Positions 63,001 through 64,000 of a stretch of 64,000 bases of DNA are shown in pieces. Position 1 is the first letter of the stretch; each line of letters starts with the position of its first letter. Below the pieces are notes generated by a model that did not search any database, was not told the DNA's origin, and saw nothing but the letters and a program-made list of their open reading frames with translations. This DNA comes from the human T2T-CHM13v2.0 reference genome, Homo sapiens. Location of the stretch: assembly GCF_009914755.1 (NCBI RefSeq), contig NC_060943.1; one strand, written 5' to 3'. A program made the translations under genes and the position numbers.

Positions 63001-64000
63001 TTCAGCCGCTTTGAGGTCAATGGTAGAATAGGAAATATCTTCCTATGGAAACTAGACAGAATGATTCTCAGAAACTCCTTTGTGCTGTGTGCGTTCAGCT
63101 CACAGAGTTTAACCTTTCTTTTCATAGAGCAGTTAGGAAACACTCTATTTGTAAAGTCTGCAAGTGGATATTCAGACATCTTTGAGGCTTTCGTTGGAAA
63201 CGGGATTTCTTCATATTCTGCTAGACAGAAGAATTCTCAGAAACTTCCTTGTGTTGTGTGTTTTCAACTCACAGAGTTCAACGATCCATTACACAGAGTA
63301 GACTTGAAACACTCTTTTTGTGGAATTGGCAAGTGGAGATTTCAGCCGCTTTGAGGTCAATGGTAGAAAAGGAAATATCTTCGTATAAAAACTAGACAGA
63401 GTGATTCTCAGAAACTCCTTTGTGATGTCTGCGTTCAACTCACAGAGTTTAACCTTTCTTTTCATAGAGCAGTTAGGAAACACTCTGTTTGTAAAGTCTG
63501 CAAGTGCATATTCAGACCTCCTTGAGGCCTTCGTTGGAAACGGGATTTCTTCATATTCTGCTATACAGAAGAATTCTCAGAAACTTCCTTGTGTTTTGTG
63601 TATTCAACTCACAGAGTTGAACGATCCTTTACACAGAGCAGACTTGAAACACTCTTTTTGTGGAATTTGCAAGTGGAGATTTCAGCCGCTTTGAGGTCAA
63701 TGGTAGAAAAGGAAATATCTTCGTATAAAAACTAGACAGAATGATTCTCAGAAACTCCTTTGTGATGTGTGCGTTCAACTCACAGAGTTTAACCTTTCTT
63801 TTCATAGAGCAGTTAGGAAACACTCTGTTGGTAAAGTCTGCAAGTGGATATTCAGACCTCTTTGAGGCCTTCTTTGGAAACGGGTTTTCTTCATATTCTG
63901 CTAGACAGAAGAATTCTCAGAAACTTCCTGGTGTTGCGTGTTTTCAACTCACAGAGTTCAACGATCCTTTACACAGAGTAGACTTGAAAAACTCTTTTTG

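Larger units (their letters stand above)
1..64000 (+). repeat. Alpha-satellite (alphoid) centromeric tandem array, suprachromosomal family 1 type 340-bp dimer (171+169 bp monomers)
   Basis: The alphoid motif ATTCTCAGAAACT recurs at 6, 177 and 346 (spacings 171 and 169). The motifs TTCAACTCACAGAGTT, GAAACACTCT and TGCAAGTGGA are present throughout. An EcoRI site (GAATTC) occurs about every 340 bp, and the ORF track repeats with a 340-bp period. Alternating CENP-B-box and A-box monomers in a dimer is the established SF1 J1/J2 organisation. Confidence 0.99.
17161..64000 (+). repeat. Homogeneous 10-monomer (5-dimer, 1,700-bp) higher-order repeat array; probably D16Z2 / S1C16H1L (human chromosome 16 centromere)
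   Basis: Five distinguishable dimers repeat in order: A (gtgattctca...gtgcata), B (ctgttggt...cttctttgg), C (ctggtt...gttgagg), D (tttcgtagg...gtcga) and E (tgtgctgt...gttcagct). A starts at 17161, 18861, 20561, 21921, 23621 ... 32121, 34161 ... 57961, 60001, 61701 and 63401, with 1,700-bp spacing except one 1,360 and two 2,040. The HOR structure is seen directly. The chr16 assignment is an inference from SF1 plus a 1.7-kb 10-mer and was not checked by alignment. Confidence 0.8.

Noticed and set aside
62-63823. Hundreds of 60-124 aa ORFs on both strands (MFPNCSMKRKVKLCELN..., MILRNSFVMCAFNSQ...)
   Set aside because: They are translations of alpha-satellite recurring every 340 bp. Starts and stops change with single SNVs, they overlap antisense, and they show no recognisable domain or gene context.
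1-64000. CRISPR-like or other repeat-spacer array
   Set aside because: There are no unique spacers: the whole unit is repeated. No cas or other genes are present.
1-64000. Embedded transposon (L1/Alu), inversion or non-satellite island
   Set aside because: The 340-bp lattice and orientation are unbroken apart from 13 bp of small deletions before 5.1 kb, so there is no room for an insertion.
17161-64000. Assignment to the chr1/5/19 shared SF1 array (D1Z7/D5Z2/D19Z3)
   Set aside because: The dimer consensus is very similar, but a dominant regular 1.7-kb 10-mer fits D16Z2 better. It cannot be fully excluded without alignment.
1-64000. A previously undescribed gene-based biological system
   Set aside because: Nothing in the sequence supports one. 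All structure is explained by alpha-satellite HOR evolution.

Overview
The whole 64 kb is primate (almost certainly human) centromeric alpha-satellite DNA in one orientation. It holds about 188 copies of a 340-bp dimer: a 171-bp pJalpha/A-box monomer plus a 169-bp CENP-B-box monomer, the suprachromosomal family 1 (J1/J2) organisation, with an EcoRI site nearly every 340 bp. I see no genes, RNA genes, transposon insertions or CRISPR arrays, and every listed ORF is an artefact of the repeat. The array has two layers. Positions 1-17,160 are a heterogeneous mosaic of variant higher-order repeats (12-, 10- and 14-mers, plus 3,740-bp and 2,720-bp duplications) with dimer types mostly absent further right. 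Positions 17,161-64,000 are a very homogeneous 1,700-bp 10-mer HOR with 27 complete units (24 canonical, one 8-mer, two 12-mers). This best fits chromosome 16 D16Z2/S1C16H1L, which is an inference from family and HOR length. SNV sharing shows 3.4-kb and 5.44-kb super-periods, a block duplicated 20,740 bp away, and a locally amplified haplotype that has lost an extra CENP-B box. I found no new gene system; the interest lies in array architecture and evolution. Dimer labels (A-E, K, L, M, N, X, Y, Z) are my own, and all counts were made by eye.
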